Source of the DNA: Methanobacteriota archaeon
GTDB lineage: Archaea; Thermoplasmatota; Thermoplasmata; SG8-5; JAGLSY01
Assembly: GCA_020696385.1 (NCBI GenBank)
Contig: JAEHCQ010000002.1
Coordinates: forward strand, 160,001-224,000
DNA length: 64,000 bases
Direction: 5' to 3'
Part shown: positions 9,606 through 18,981 of the stretch, one piece after another
How the letters are laid out: every line of letters begins with the position of its first letter
Numbering within the stretch: position 1 is the stretch's first letter
Position numbers and translations under genes: made by a program
The notes under the pieces: generated by a model
Databases searched by the model: none
What the model was told of the DNA's origin: nothing
What the model saw: only the letters and a program-made list of their open reading frames with translations

Positions 9606-10619
9606 TTAAAATTTCCAATATTTTGATTGGACTTCCTTTGCTTCATCCACCCAATCATTTCCAGAGCCATGAGAATCCTGGATCTCATCATACTTCAAAG
9701 GGAATTCCTGAGTCTTGAACAAGGCCAAAGTTCCACAGACGACCTCGGCCAATGCGTCTGTGTCATACCCGCCTTCGAGCATAATTGTTGTTCTGCCATC
9801 GCATAGTTCTTTTCCGATATCCAGTAATTTGGATATCTGTGCCAGGTAGCCTTTACTCGACAATGTGAGGGAAGCTAATTGATCTCGATAATGAGCATCA
9901 CCACCGAAGCTTATCAAAAGAGCTTCGGGTTTGTATTGTCTGAGTATCGGAATTATGAGACTATCAAAGGCATGGTCGAATGTACCGTCGCCCGATCTGG
10001 ACGGCAATGGGACATTGACATTGAAGCCCTCTCCATCATCGATCCCGACATCGTCAAAATAGCCAGTGCCTGGATATACCCCATGCTGATGCGTGGATAT
10101 GAAAAGCACGTCCTTCGAATCCTGGAATATGTCATTTGTTCCATTACCATGATGCACGTCGATATCCACTATCGCCACCTTGCGGACCTTGGCCAGTAAA
10201 TGTTCAGCCGCTATAGCGACATTGTTGAAATAGCAAAACCCGCCACCATAATCCTTTCCCGCATGGTGGCCGGGAGGTCTCACCATGGCGTAACTCGGCT
10301 TCTTATTCTCATAGGACCAGTCTGCTGCCTGCACCGCGCCGCCAGCAGCCATGGAGGCCATCTCGAAAGTGTTAGGCCTGATGTAGGTGTCCGCATCCAT
10401 GTAACCCTGCGGAAGGCTCTCGATCATGTCGATATAAGGTATGGTGTGTGCGAGAGCTAATTGCTCCCTTGTGGCCGGAGTGGGAGTGATGATCTCACCA
10501 TCCGATATAACTTCAGGAAGCCGGGACAGAATATCTAGAACTCGCTTTGGACATTCTGGATGTCCAGGTGTTTGCGTCAATTCAGAATATGATCCATGAT
10601 AAAATAACATGACTGCCAC
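9606..10619 (-). CDS. Histone deacetylase family (acetoin utilization/polyamine deacetylase-like) protein
   Basis: HPECP.R, RPPGHHA, GFCYFNN, DIDVHHGNGT, GGDAH..D, LEGGY. Confidence 0.95.
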   Translation of the reverse strand: MAVMLFYHGSYSELTQTPGHPECPKRVLDILSRLPEVISDGEIITPTPATREQLALAHTIPYIDMIESLPQGYMDADTYIRPNTFEMASMAAGGAVQAADWSYENKKPSYAMVRPPGHHAGKDYGGGFCYFNNVAIAAEHLLAKVRKVAIVDIDVHHGNGTNDIFQDSKDVLFISTHQHGVYPGTGYFDDVGIDDGEGFNVNVPLPSRSGDGTFDHAFDSLIIPILRQYKPEALLISFGGDAHYRDQLASLTLSSKGYLAQISKLLDIGKELCDGRTTIMLEGGYDTDALAEVVCGTLALFKTQEFPLKYDEIQDSHGSGNDWVDEAKEVQSKYWKF

Positions 10620-11303
10620 CTACTGTATCTGCCCACATCCCAGGCACTTGGCCTTGTCCCCGGAGGCTGATACAAGCTCCCCGCCACAAGACCTGCATTT
10701 TTCCTCCAGGTCTTTTGTGGGCGCGACCTCCAAAGGCGCGTTCTTGGTAGATGCTGGCTCATCAAATATTGGAGATGGAGCAGTTTGCCCGACCTCGCCA
10801 TCTTCCTGTATGGCACCATCATCATCATTAGTGATTACTGGATGATGGTGATCTGATTCTCCAGCATGCACCACGGTGGTCTTTGTAATTCTGTCAAAAA
10901 GCCTCTGTCTGGGGTCACCCCTCCCAGCCAGACCTATGACCGCGTCTATAGGCAATAGAATGTACCACAGGACCTTGGGAATGTTCCTGAGAAAAAGCAT
11001 TATTGATCCACTGCCCCCGGTACCCAGATATCTGGCCTTCAACCCCAATATCTTCTTTCCAATGGTGGCACCCATGGCGGCCTCCATTATGCCGGAATAG
11101 AGAAAGAGAACGACACTGGATACGAGTCCGGATATGATGATGGTGTTTTTATCCATCATCATCAAAACCGCGCCAGTGGCGAAGAAAACGATCAACATAT
11201 CGATCATGATAGCCAGCACCCTGTAGAGCCAGTGCTTTCGAAGCTTTCTATCATGTCCAAGAATATCAAAGCCGGTGACCATATCAATCACAGGTAAATG
11301 CAA
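10620..11303 (-). CDS. RDD family membrane protein with C-terminal zinc ribbon
   Basis: RVLAIMID, GATIGKKILGL, RQRLFDRITKTTVV; CRSCGG...CLGCG. Confidence 0.85.
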   Translation of the reverse strand: MHLPVIDMVTGFDILGHDRKLRKHWLYRVLAIMIDMLIVFFATGAVLMMMDKNTIIISGLVSSVVLFLYSGIMEAAMGATIGKKILGLKARYLGTGGSGSIMLFLRNIPKVLWYILLPIDAVIGLAGRGDPRQRLFDRITKTTVVHAGESDHHHPVITNDDDGAIQEDGEVGQTAPSPIFDEPASTKNAPLEVAPTKDLEEKCRSCGGELVSASGDKAKCLGCGQIQ

Positions 11304-11387
11304 CGGAATATATGAGAGTTGGGTTAATTTTTGTATCTGATGATGATCTGATAATAATCTGATGACGAACAGGCTTATCTTTGAACA

Positions 11388-12581
11388 TCATAGCAGGACG
11401 ATGGCCAGTACCAACACGATACCCGCCATCAAGCTCGTCGCTGGCCAGATGGCCTTGAAAAAGTCTTTCAAACTGACCTTGAAATACTCCAGTGACACAG
11501 TATTGCACGGATGTATCGGGGATATGAGATAGCCCAGGAATATGCTGAAATAAGTTATCGCGAAGGCCATGGGATCCACACTGGCCACCACGAAGTTCGT
11601 TAGATAGATGGGCACGATTATCGATATTGGAAGCTGAATTCGACCAGTTGACAATCCAAGGAAGAAAGCTACGAAAACGCAGAGCACGACCTTGGATGGA
11701 GATAATTCCGATATTTCCTGGGGAGTACCGGAAGCCACGAAAACATTGAGGAAGACGAACATCCCGATAACTATGAGCCCGTATTTCCATGGCCTCATTT
11801 CCGTCACGATCTTTCGCAATCCCTTGAACTCCACCTTGCCCAGCCAGATGGCGAAGAACAAGGATATGATCACGGCTACCAGAAGGCTGGATTCCCTGTA
11901 TTCCGGGTTCCAGGTATTGAGCATTATGACATCCAGAACCGGGGCGATGAGGATGATGAAGAGAGGTATCAGAAGGCCAGCTAATGAGAACACTTTCTTG
12001 TATTCCATCTTCGCTCCCGATTTCCTGACGAAGAAGAAATACCCCACAATAAGCAATAGGCCGAAGAAGGGAATGAGATACAAAATGGCCTCGTAAATAT
12101 CGAGGCCAGCTATCTTGACTCCGACTATAAGGGAGGTTGAAAGCGGATATACCAGGTATAGGGCGTGCCTGTACCAGACATTTATCGCCACCTTGTCAAC
12201 ATCCGACACACCTTTGCCACCCTTTTCTATCAAGGGGGCGGAAAGAAGCGCGCCACCGGGCATTGGAAGCATACCGACGAGCGCGGGAGAGAACATGAGA
12301 AAGGGTCTCTGGCCTATCCTGAGATTCTCCACGAGGGAATCCATCAGGCCAGACTTGTTCATTATGCCGCCGATAACCGGGATTATGGTGACTGCGAGAC
12401 CCAACATCAAAACACCCGGATCGATAAGGGTCTCATAGACCGCGGTAAAGGGATCACTGGGCAGTGTGATGAAAGCCAGTAAAAAAGAGGATGCGAACAT
12501 GGCCACCCACAGGCTCCACCTTGAGATGATAAGCAGGGCTGCGATCGCCACTATGAAGGCTATCCAAATTACCAGGTCCAT
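11388..12581 (-). CDS. DUF401-family integral membrane protein
   Basis: 397 aa, many TM segments; 'GMLPMPGGALLSAP', 'NVWYRH', 'GYLISPIHPC'. Confidence 0.85.
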   Translation of the reverse strand: MDLVIWIAFIVAIAALLIISRWSLWVAMFASSFLLAFITLPSDPFTAVYETLIDPGVLMLGLAVTIIPVIGGIMNKSGLMDSLVENLRIGQRPFLMFSPALVGMLPMPGGALLSAPLIEKGGKGVSDVDKVAINVWYRHALYLVYPLSTSLIVGVKIAGLDIYEAILYLIPFFGLLLIVGYFFFVRKSGAKMEYKKVFSLAGLLIPLFIILIAPVLDVIMLNTWNPEYRESSLLVAVIISLFFAIWLGKVEFKGLRKIVTEMRPWKYGLIVIGMFVFLNVFVASGTPQEISELSPSKVVLCVFVAFFLGLSTGRIQLPISIIVPIYLTNFVVASVDPMAFAITYFSIFLGYLISPIHPCNTVSLEYFKVSLKDFFKAIWPATSLMAGIVLVLAIVLL

Positions 12582-12625
12582 GCATTCCCAGAATTCATAG
12601 GGGTTTATGTTACTTGCCCCGGAAG

Positions 12626-12715
12626 GTGATTAAACATTTTTCTGCCAAGCCATCGGCTCCAGAAAATTGTTTAATACATATTTGCGCATTAACCAATTGA
12701 AGAGCGCAAATACAA
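12626..12715. repeat. Dispersed two-hairpin repeat family B, copy 1
   Basis: 90 bp, closely matches 45727..45816; stems ATTAAACA.TTTTCTG/CAGAAAA.TGTTTAAT and ATTTGCGC/GCGCAAAT. Confidence 0.85.
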
Positions 12716-12874
12716 GTTAACGATCGTGTGCCCAGCGAGCGATATTTACGAGGAGAATGAGATTGTTGAACATATGCCGGGGTTCTCGAAACCTTAAAAT
12801 ATAAATGCGGTATGAAGGGGCAATGCGGAACAATGGTTTTCTTCAGCTTTTGCAAAGAAAATCCATAGTTCAAT

Positions 12875-12946
12875 GCCGTCGTAGCTTAGTGGTGGAGCGG
12901 CTGACTGTTAATCAGCAGGTCACAGGTTCAAATCCTGTCGACGGCG
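12875..12946 (+). tRNA. tRNA-Asn (GTT)
   Basis: Acceptor GCCGTCG/CGACGGC, anticodon arm CTGA-CTGTTAA-TCAG, T-arm GGTTCAAATCC. Confidence 0.96.
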
Positions 12947-12952
12947 CCTTTT

Positions 12953-13034
12953 TTTTCTAATCGCCAAGATGTGATGTATTACTAGCGATTAGAAGATCTA
13001 ACACGTATCTGGCCATATGCATTTTAAGTGTTTG
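12953..13034. repeat. Dispersed hairpin repeat family A, copy 2 (inverted, diverged loop)
   Basis: Reverse complement reads CAAACACT...ACGTGTTAGATCTTCTAATCGCTAGT...GGCGATTAGAAA. Confidence 0.75.
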
Positions 13035-13078
13035 ATTCAGAACTTCCCCGCCCTCCAGATAAATTAATTAAAGACAAA

Positions 13079-14170
13079 TTATGGAGTAATTATCAGATAT
13101 ATTTCCAAATAATCATTGTAATCATCGACACTGAAATCATCCAAATAACGCAATACAAACTCTACCTCTGTAAGTGAGTCTTGCCCACATGTTACATTGA
13201 TCACTTCTCTATCAATAACGACATCGTCCTTTCTCAATTCGAAGGTGAATGTAACATCATCATCCAGATCATGTTCGAAAGCATATAATTCGCATTCAAC
13301 ATCAATATAGTATCCCAATTCGTCGTCATGATTTAATTGCCAATTATTGTCATCTAAATCTAAAGAGAATACAGCGCCGTATATTGGAACTCCAACTATT
13401 GTCGTAATGTTCCAATGGAGCTCATATTCTTGGTACAATTCCGCAAATTTATAATATCCGCCAGTAGGGTCTAAACCAATCCAGTCCTCTCCCAAATATG
13501 ATTGTATTTTATCATGTACACCGTTGGATGGTGGAGTGTATGAGGGTAGCTTTACTGCAACATATGCGTGAGTATATATTACCTCATCTATCTCCCCAGC
13601 CGTATATACAATTGCGACCTCTTTTAACCCTCCTGCATATAATAAAGATGCTAGAAGTGATGCATAATCACTGCATATCCCCTCTTTCGTTGTCAATATG
13701 GTCACTGGGTATGGAGATTCATATCCTAAATTTTCAATAGGATTTATTTCCTCGGCTACATAATCATATGCAGCTTTTGCCTGTTGAACTATATCGTCTG
13801 GGTAAGATTTCTTGAAGCTATCTGATAGGTTTTGAATCGTAGGGCTAACACGAACTGTTAACAAATTAGTATTAAGAGCATATTCATGAATGTAATTCCC
13901 CCATAATATTGTACTACTTTCAATTTTTACATATCGTAAATCTTCAGGTGTCGTAGGATATTTATTGTAAAACTCCAGATCATTCGAGTCAATTGGTCCC
14001 GAATCTGAATTATTAATTAAAGCCCAGCTTACACTAGCTACAATTATAGCCAGCACAATTGCAATTGCAATAACTTTCTTGTTTGGCTGTTTCTTTGGTG
14101 GCGAGTCATAGGCCTGACTATTGTTCAAAATATTTTCACTATTTTCTTCATTATCCATTCCTTCCACCAC
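13079..14170 (-). CDS. Membrane-anchored transglutaminase-like domain protein
   Basis: N-terminal TM helix; catalytic-triad motifs GICSDYA, THAYV, WIGLDPT; AT-rich coding sequence. Confidence 0.85.
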   Translation of the reverse strand: MVEGMDNEENSENILNNSQAYDSPPKKQPNKKVIAIAIVLAIIVASVSWALINNSDSGPIDSNDLEFYNKYPTTPEDLRYVKIESSTILWGNYIHEYALNTNLLTVRVSPTIQNLSDSFKKSYPDDIVQQAKAAYDYVAEEINPIENLGYESPYPVTILTTKEGICSDYASLLASLLYAGGLKEVAIVYTAGEIDEVIYTHAYVAVKLPSYTPPSNGVHDKIQSYLGEDWIGLDPTGGYYKFAELYQEYELHWNITTIVGVPIYGAVFSLDLDDNNWQLNHDDELGYYIDVECELYAFEHDLDDDVTFTFELRKDDVVIDREVINVTCGQDSLTEVEFVLRYLDDFSVDDYNDYLEIYLIITP

Positions 14171-14328
14171 TGACTACTAACGAGCACACAGCTTTTACTG
14201 GTTATCGCTCGTCGCTAAGTAGATGGGAGATAGTACCTAAATACATTTCCATTACCAGAAAAAAGAAGCTGGCGATGTGTTAACATAGCGATGGGCATGC
14301 TCGAATGCAAATGCCTTGCATATGATTG

Positions 14329-14427
14329 CAATTCCCGAGCGAGTAGGCCTACCCGAGTTTCTTTGTTTGTCCGTCTTTTTTCTTTGGAGGGTAGGCCAGC
14401 ACAGCGAGGGTTAAAGAAAAAAGTGGG
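14329..14427. repeat. Dispersed palindromic repeat family C, copy 1
   Basis: Matches 58831..58936; stem GGCCTACCC/GGGTAGGCC; flanked by 17-bp direct repeat GAATGCAAATGCCTTGC (14303-14319, 14431-14447). Confidence 0.85.
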
Positions 14428-14495
14428 TTTGAATGCAAATGCCTTGCTGAGATTCAGCTTGGCTTTTTCCTCCCACTATATGCCTGGGATGCTGG

Positions 14496-14975
14496 CTAAT
14501 CATCATAGCGCTGAAACATTCTTGATCTGAGCAAACCCGAGAACAGGAAGGTGATTATCAACATGATGCTAACTAAAAACACCCCTATAAGAAACATGGT
14601 AATATGGCTAAATAGCAATTCTGGATAGATGAAGGAGATTGAGAAGAAATAAAATGTGAATCCTCCAAATATTAACAACATGATCACATTGTCTCTGACT
14701 ATCTTTTTTGCACATCTCTCGCTCTTTATTTTGATACATCTCTTATATCTCAATGGGAATTTCTTATACCTATAATATGCGAAGAATAGCATCACGCCAA
14801 ACCAAGAAATGACCCTTACCAATGTCATATCTAAAAATGATCCTTGAACAACAAAATATAGAATGATGGAAGCAATAATAGCTCCCCACATCACAATATC
14901 AATAAAGGCAGATTCTAATTCCTCCTGCCATTTTTCGATAACATAGTTTATCTTTTTATTTTTGTCACGAAACAT
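14496..14975 (-). CDS. Hypothetical membrane protein (4 TM)
   Basis: 159 aa ORF, four hydrophobic segments, AT-rich, SD-like GGAGATG upstream. Confidence 0.65.
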   Translation of the reverse strand: MFRDKNKKINYVIEKWQEELESAFIDIVMWGAIIASIILYFVVQGSFLDMTLVRVISWFGVMLFFAYYRYKKFPLRYKRCIKIKSERCAKKIVRDNVIMLLIFGGFTFYFFSISFIYPELLFSHITMFLIGVFLVSIMLIITFLFSGLLRSRMFQRYDD

Positions 14976-15137
14976 CGTAATGGCACATCTCCTTTCTCTT
15001 CTATTCTTTCCCTCACTTCCGTATATGAAATGCTACCTAAAAGCATTTCCATTATCATAAAAAGAGTTTGAACATCACTATATGTTACTATACATCTTAT
15101 CCAAACATATATTTACCCCTTCTTCATCCCGCGAACT

Positions 15138-16541
15138 ATGTCCGAAATGGCAGTAACAGAGGAGAAAAGTATCGAAAATGACAAACTCATGAACCGCTGG
15201 CTTGTGGTCGTGGGTGCTATCCTGATACAGCTGGCCCTGGGTGCGATATACTCATGGTCGGTCTTCACACCGATATTGACCAAATCCGCTGCAGATGGTG
15301 GTGAATTTTTATTCACCACCACCCAAACTCAGATGATATTCAGTGCTGGTCTGGTCACCTTCGCCCTGGTCATGGTCCTGGCTGGAAAGCTACAGGCCGT
15401 CCATGGCCCAAGAAAGATCGCCTTGATCGGCGGTGTACTTCTTGGTGTCGGTTACATCCTGGCTTCCTTTGTCGGTGATTCCTTCATCGGTATGCTTGTT
15501 ACCATTGGAATTATCGGAGGAGCAGGTATCGGAATGGCCTATGTCGTTCCTATCGCCGTCGGTATAAAATGGTTCCCGGACAAGAAAGGGCTCATATCGG
15601 GTATGGCAGTTGCTGGATTTGGATTCGGAGCCACAATATGGGTCAAGCTCGCAGGCACCTGGGGAAACCTTCTTGAGGATGTGGGACTGCACACGACTTA
15701 CTTCATATACGGTATCATATTTCTGATAATGGTGGTCATCGGTTCTCTGCTCATGGTCAATCCTCCAGAGAACTACAAACCAGCTGGATGGACACCGCCA
15801 GTAGCGAAGAAGGGTGGCCCAACCGGATACAATTACACACCAAAAGAAATGGTCAAGACAAAGCAATTTTACATGATCTGGTCCATGTTCATATTCGGAG
15901 CATTGGCCGGTCTCATGGTCATTGGTATCATCAAGCTTTTCGGAATAGACGCATTACAGGCATCTGGCAACTATACAGATGTCGAAGCCTCCGCCATTGC
16001 GGGGACAGCAATGGCGGTCTTCTACGCGATCTTCAATGGAATAGGAAGAATAGCATGGGGAGCCATAGCTGACAAGATCGGAACAAAGAAATCCCTGATG
16101 GCGATGTTCGCTTTCCAGGCACTGATGATGTTCGTCGTGTTCCAGATGGGTGGCAATGAGTACACGTTGTACGCGGCAGCTGCTTTGATCGGTTTCAATT
16201 TCGGCGGTAATTTCGCCTTATTCCCAACTACCACGGCCGAGTTCTTCGGAACAAAGACCGTGGGGCAGAATTACGGATTCGTTTTCTCCGCTTACGGTGT
16301 TGGCGGTGTCGTGGGCCCACTCATGGCAGGATATTTCAAGGACAGTGGAGTAGCAGGCGTAGATGCCTGGTATCCAGCTTTCATAATAGCTGGAATACTT
16401 TGCGTAGTTGCAGTCGTCCTCGCTCTCATGCTCTCAACACCTGAGGATCCAGAAGGAACTTCAGAGGCAGTGGCAGAAGAACCTAAGGAAGTCGCTGTAG
16501 TGGATGAAGTTGCAGATGCACCTGAGGAAGACAAGGAATAA
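15138..16541 (+). CDS. MFS transporter, oxalate/formate antiporter (OFA) family
   Basis: NRWLVV...QLALGAIYSWSVF, KWFPDKKGL, FNGIGR..WG, FNFGGNFALFP. Confidence 0.92.
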   Translation: MSEMAVTEEKSIENDKLMNRWLVVVGAILIQLALGAIYSWSVFTPILTKSAADGGEFLFTTTQTQMIFSAGLVTFALVMVLAGKLQAVHGPRKIALIGGVLLGVGYILASFVGDSFIGMLVTIGIIGGAGIGMAYVVPIAVGIKWFPDKKGLISGMAVAGFGFGATIWVKLAGTWGNLLEDVGLHTTYFIYGIIFLIMVVIGSLLMVNPPENYKPAGWTPPVAKKGGPTGYNYTPKEMVKTKQFYMIWSMFIFGALAGLMVIGIIKLFGIDALQASGNYTDVEASAIAGTAMAVFYAIFNGIGRIAWGAIADKIGTKKSLMAMFAFQALMMFVVFQMGGNEYTLYAAAALIGFNFGGNFALFPTTTAEFFGTKTVGQNYGFVFSAYGVGGVVGPLMAGYFKDSGVAGVDAWYPAFIIAGILCVVAVVLALMLSTPEDPEGTSEAVAEEPKEVAVVDEVADAPEEDKE

Positions 16542-16561
16542 AGAAAAAGGAGCTGAATTGG

Positions 16562-17092
16562 ATGAAACCTGTCGATGTCATGAACAAGCTCATAGAGGGT
16601 AATGGCAGGTTCATCCAGTACAATGAAGGGGAATTGGAGCAGCATGTGCATGGTCAGAGCCCCAAGGCCGCGATCCTGACATGTGCTGATTCCCGCATAG
16701 TTCCGGAATTCATCTTCGATCAGTATATTGGCGATATTTTCGTAGTGAGGGTGGCCGGTAATGTGGCCTATGATTCATCGGTCATCCAGTCCCTGGAATA
16801 TGCTGTGTCGAACCTGAAAGTGCCTCTTTTGATGATAATGGGACATACGAATTGCGGAGCTGTCGGACTTTCGGAGAAGTGCAAGGACGAGGATCTGGAT
16901 GGTGGCCCTCTCGTGGAAGAGATATGCGGTTGCTTCGAACTGAGCGATGACCATATCATAGCCAATATCCGAAGGCAATTGAAGATGCTGCCCATCAGGA
17001 GCGAGGTCATCGCCAATGCGATAAGCTCCGGGGAGCTCGCTCTCATGGGCGCTGTGTATGATCTTGCAAGCGGTCGTGTAAATTTAATTTAA
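16562..17092 (+). CDS. Beta-class carbonic anhydrase
   Basis: CADSR, FVVRVAGN, SLEYAV, GHTNCGAV Zn ligands. Confidence 0.95.
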   Translation: MKPVDVMNKLIEGNGRFIQYNEGELEQHVHGQSPKAAILTCADSRIVPEFIFDQYIGDIFVVRVAGNVAYDSSVIQSLEYAVSNLKVPLLMIMGHTNCGAVGLSEKCKDEDLDGGPLVEEICGCFELSDDHIIANIRRQLKMLPIRSEVIANAISSGELALMGAVYDLASGRVNLI

Positions 17093-17152
17093 GTGGGGAA
17101 ATATATTTATCATCCAAGTGCCATATACCTTTCACTTGTCGGATGGTGAAAG

Positions 17153-18034
17153 ATGGGACATAGTGTGCGTAAGATACCAACAGCGGTAGCTGATTTTGAT
17201 GCCATAGTGCATGGAGGACTTCCAGAGGGATCGGTAGTTCTATTACTTGGGGATCTGGGAGCTGGCCAGCAGGAATTCGCCTATACTTCCGCCTCGAAAC
17301 TGTCCATCGTGAAAGAGCATCCAATGTTATTCGAGAATTATTGCGGCGCTTACTGCGATATAGCCGGCTTGCCAGAAAAAATATGCTATATCTCATTTTC
17401 AAGACCAAAAGAAGATATTCTCAGGGAGATCAGCAGCTCCTTCAATCAGGATTATCACGATGCCTTGAAGAGAAAATTGATCTTCAAGGATCTTTCAGCC
17501 AGTTATTTCAGCAAGACCATAGTGCCTTCCTCATGGACCCACAATGATCCAGATAAGGAGAAGGATAATGGCAATGGAGGCGCTGATGAATTCCTGGTCT
17601 TCACCAGCTCGCCAAAAGAATCGGTACTGGAATCCCTGGTGAACTTTCTGGATGAGAATGCCCAGGACTCCATGATAATTATAGATTCATTGACAGACCT
17701 GGTGGTCAGCGGAACTGTAGATATTTTAGAGCTCATAGGGGTTCTTAGAGGTATCCAGAGAGCGGCCAAGAGGTGGAATGGAGTGATATACCTTCTTCTG
17801 ACAAGGGATGTGATGGACAAGCAGAAGGAGCAGATGATACTGGATAGTGTTGATGGTGTCCTGACATTCGAATGGAGCCATTACCTAAGAAGCACGAAGA
17901 GGCAGAGGTATCTGTACATTGAGAAATTCATGAGCATTTTGCCTCATATTGAAAATGATAGGATGATAAAATTCCCTACGAGGGTGAGTGCCAGTAGTGG
18001 TATCACTGTCGTGAATATGGAGGTCATCGCGTGA
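17153..18034 (+). CDS. KaiC/RAD55-like protein with degenerate Walker A
   Basis: KIPTAVADFD...GGLPEGSVVLLLGDLGAGQQ (no Lys-Thr/Ser), IIIDSL, DGVLTFEW. Confidence 0.85.
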   Translation: MGHSVRKIPTAVADFDAIVHGGLPEGSVVLLLGDLGAGQQEFAYTSASKLSIVKEHPMLFENYCGAYCDIAGLPEKICYISFSRPKEDILREISSSFNQDYHDALKRKLIFKDLSASYFSKTIVPSSWTHNDPDKEKDNGNGGADEFLVFTSSPKESVLESLVNFLDENAQDSMIIIDSLTDLVVSGTVDILELIGVLRGIQRAAKRWNGVIYLLLTRDVMDKQKEQMILDSVDGVLTFEWSHYLRSTKRQRYLYIEKFMSILPHIENDRMIKFPTRVSASSGITVVNMEVIA

Positions 18035-18127
18035 TTTTTTTAAAATCATTTAATGACCTCTCAGAAGTGGAGGTCATCGCGTGATATCAAAGATACCAAC
18101 GAATGACCTATCAGAAACGGAGGTCAT
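18019..18127 (+). repeat. 50-bp-period duplication of gene end and Shine-Dalgarno
   Basis: GGAGGTCAT at 18019, 18069, 18119; the second and third copies are preceded by complementary ATGACCT. Confidence 0.85.
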
Positions 18128-18130
18128 ATA

Positions 18131-18832
18131 ATGTCCGAAAATAAAGTTATAACAGGAATCCAGGGATTGGATCAGATGATCGCGAGTGGTATCCCAAGTG
18201 GGCATATAATCGCATTATTGGGTTCATGCGGAACCGGAAAGACCACCCTTTCCCTCCAGTATGCGTGGAATGGACTGGCCTTGGGAGAAAAGGCCATATT
18301 CATAAGCCTGGAGGAAAATGAAGAGGCTATCAAGAAGAATGCCATCAATTATGGATGGGATCTTCAGCCACATATTGACAATAAAAATCTTCTATTGGTC
18401 AAGCTGGAGCCAGCAGATGCGAAGAACACGATCACGAAGATCAAAAGTGAATTGCCGCGCATCATCGAGAACTTTGGAGCAAAAAGAGTGGTATTGGATT
18501 CGGTCTCCCTTCTGAGTATGCTATTCGACGACGAGGCCGAGAAAAGAACAAATCTATTCAATTTGTGCAAGCAGATCAAAGACAGTGGAGCGACAGCGGT
18601 GTTCACTGCTGAAGTTAAAGAAAACAATCCACTGGCCTCAAGAGATGGACTTGTCGAATACGTGGCCGATGGCGTGATATCTCTGAAGTACACGGAGACT
18701 GATGATGGCAATGATGTTCAATTGTCTATAAGGATTATCAAAATGAGAAGGGCCAGACATGAGAGAAAGATCAAGCCCTATTCGATAACTCAGAATGGAA
18801 TTGAAGTTCATTCACAGGCTGAAATGTTCTAA
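18131..18832 (+). CDS. KaiC/RAD55-like ATPase
   Basis: TGIQGLD, Walker A GSCGTGKT, ISLEE, VVLDS, EYVADGVI, IIKMR. Confidence 0.93.
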   Translation: MSENKVITGIQGLDQMIASGIPSGHIIALLGSCGTGKTTLSLQYAWNGLALGEKAIFISLEENEEAIKKNAINYGWDLQPHIDNKNLLLVKLEPADAKNTITKIKSELPRIIENFGAKRVVLDSVSLLSMLFDDEAEKRTNLFNLCKQIKDSGATAVFTAEVKENNPLASRDGLVEYVADGVISLKYTETDDGNDVQLSIRIIKMRRARHERKIKPYSITQNGIEVHSQAEMF

Positions 18833-18981
18833 ACAACCGAATCCTAAAGGTTACGAATGTTTAGATTCAAAGGCCATAGTCCCAAACTCGCAGAGTTAGA
18901 GCCTCTGCGTTCAGATAATAAAACATTGATGGGACTACGGCATCCGACTACTCATTATGCGTTGGCTCAAATTATTGAGAT

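Noticed and set aside
12610-12873. 87-aa ORF
   Set aside because: Overlaps repeat family B and the tRNA promoter region; no protein-like features
14329-14427. Canonical integron attC site
   Set aside because: Could not find properly placed RYYYAAC and GTTRRRY ends; no intI in the window
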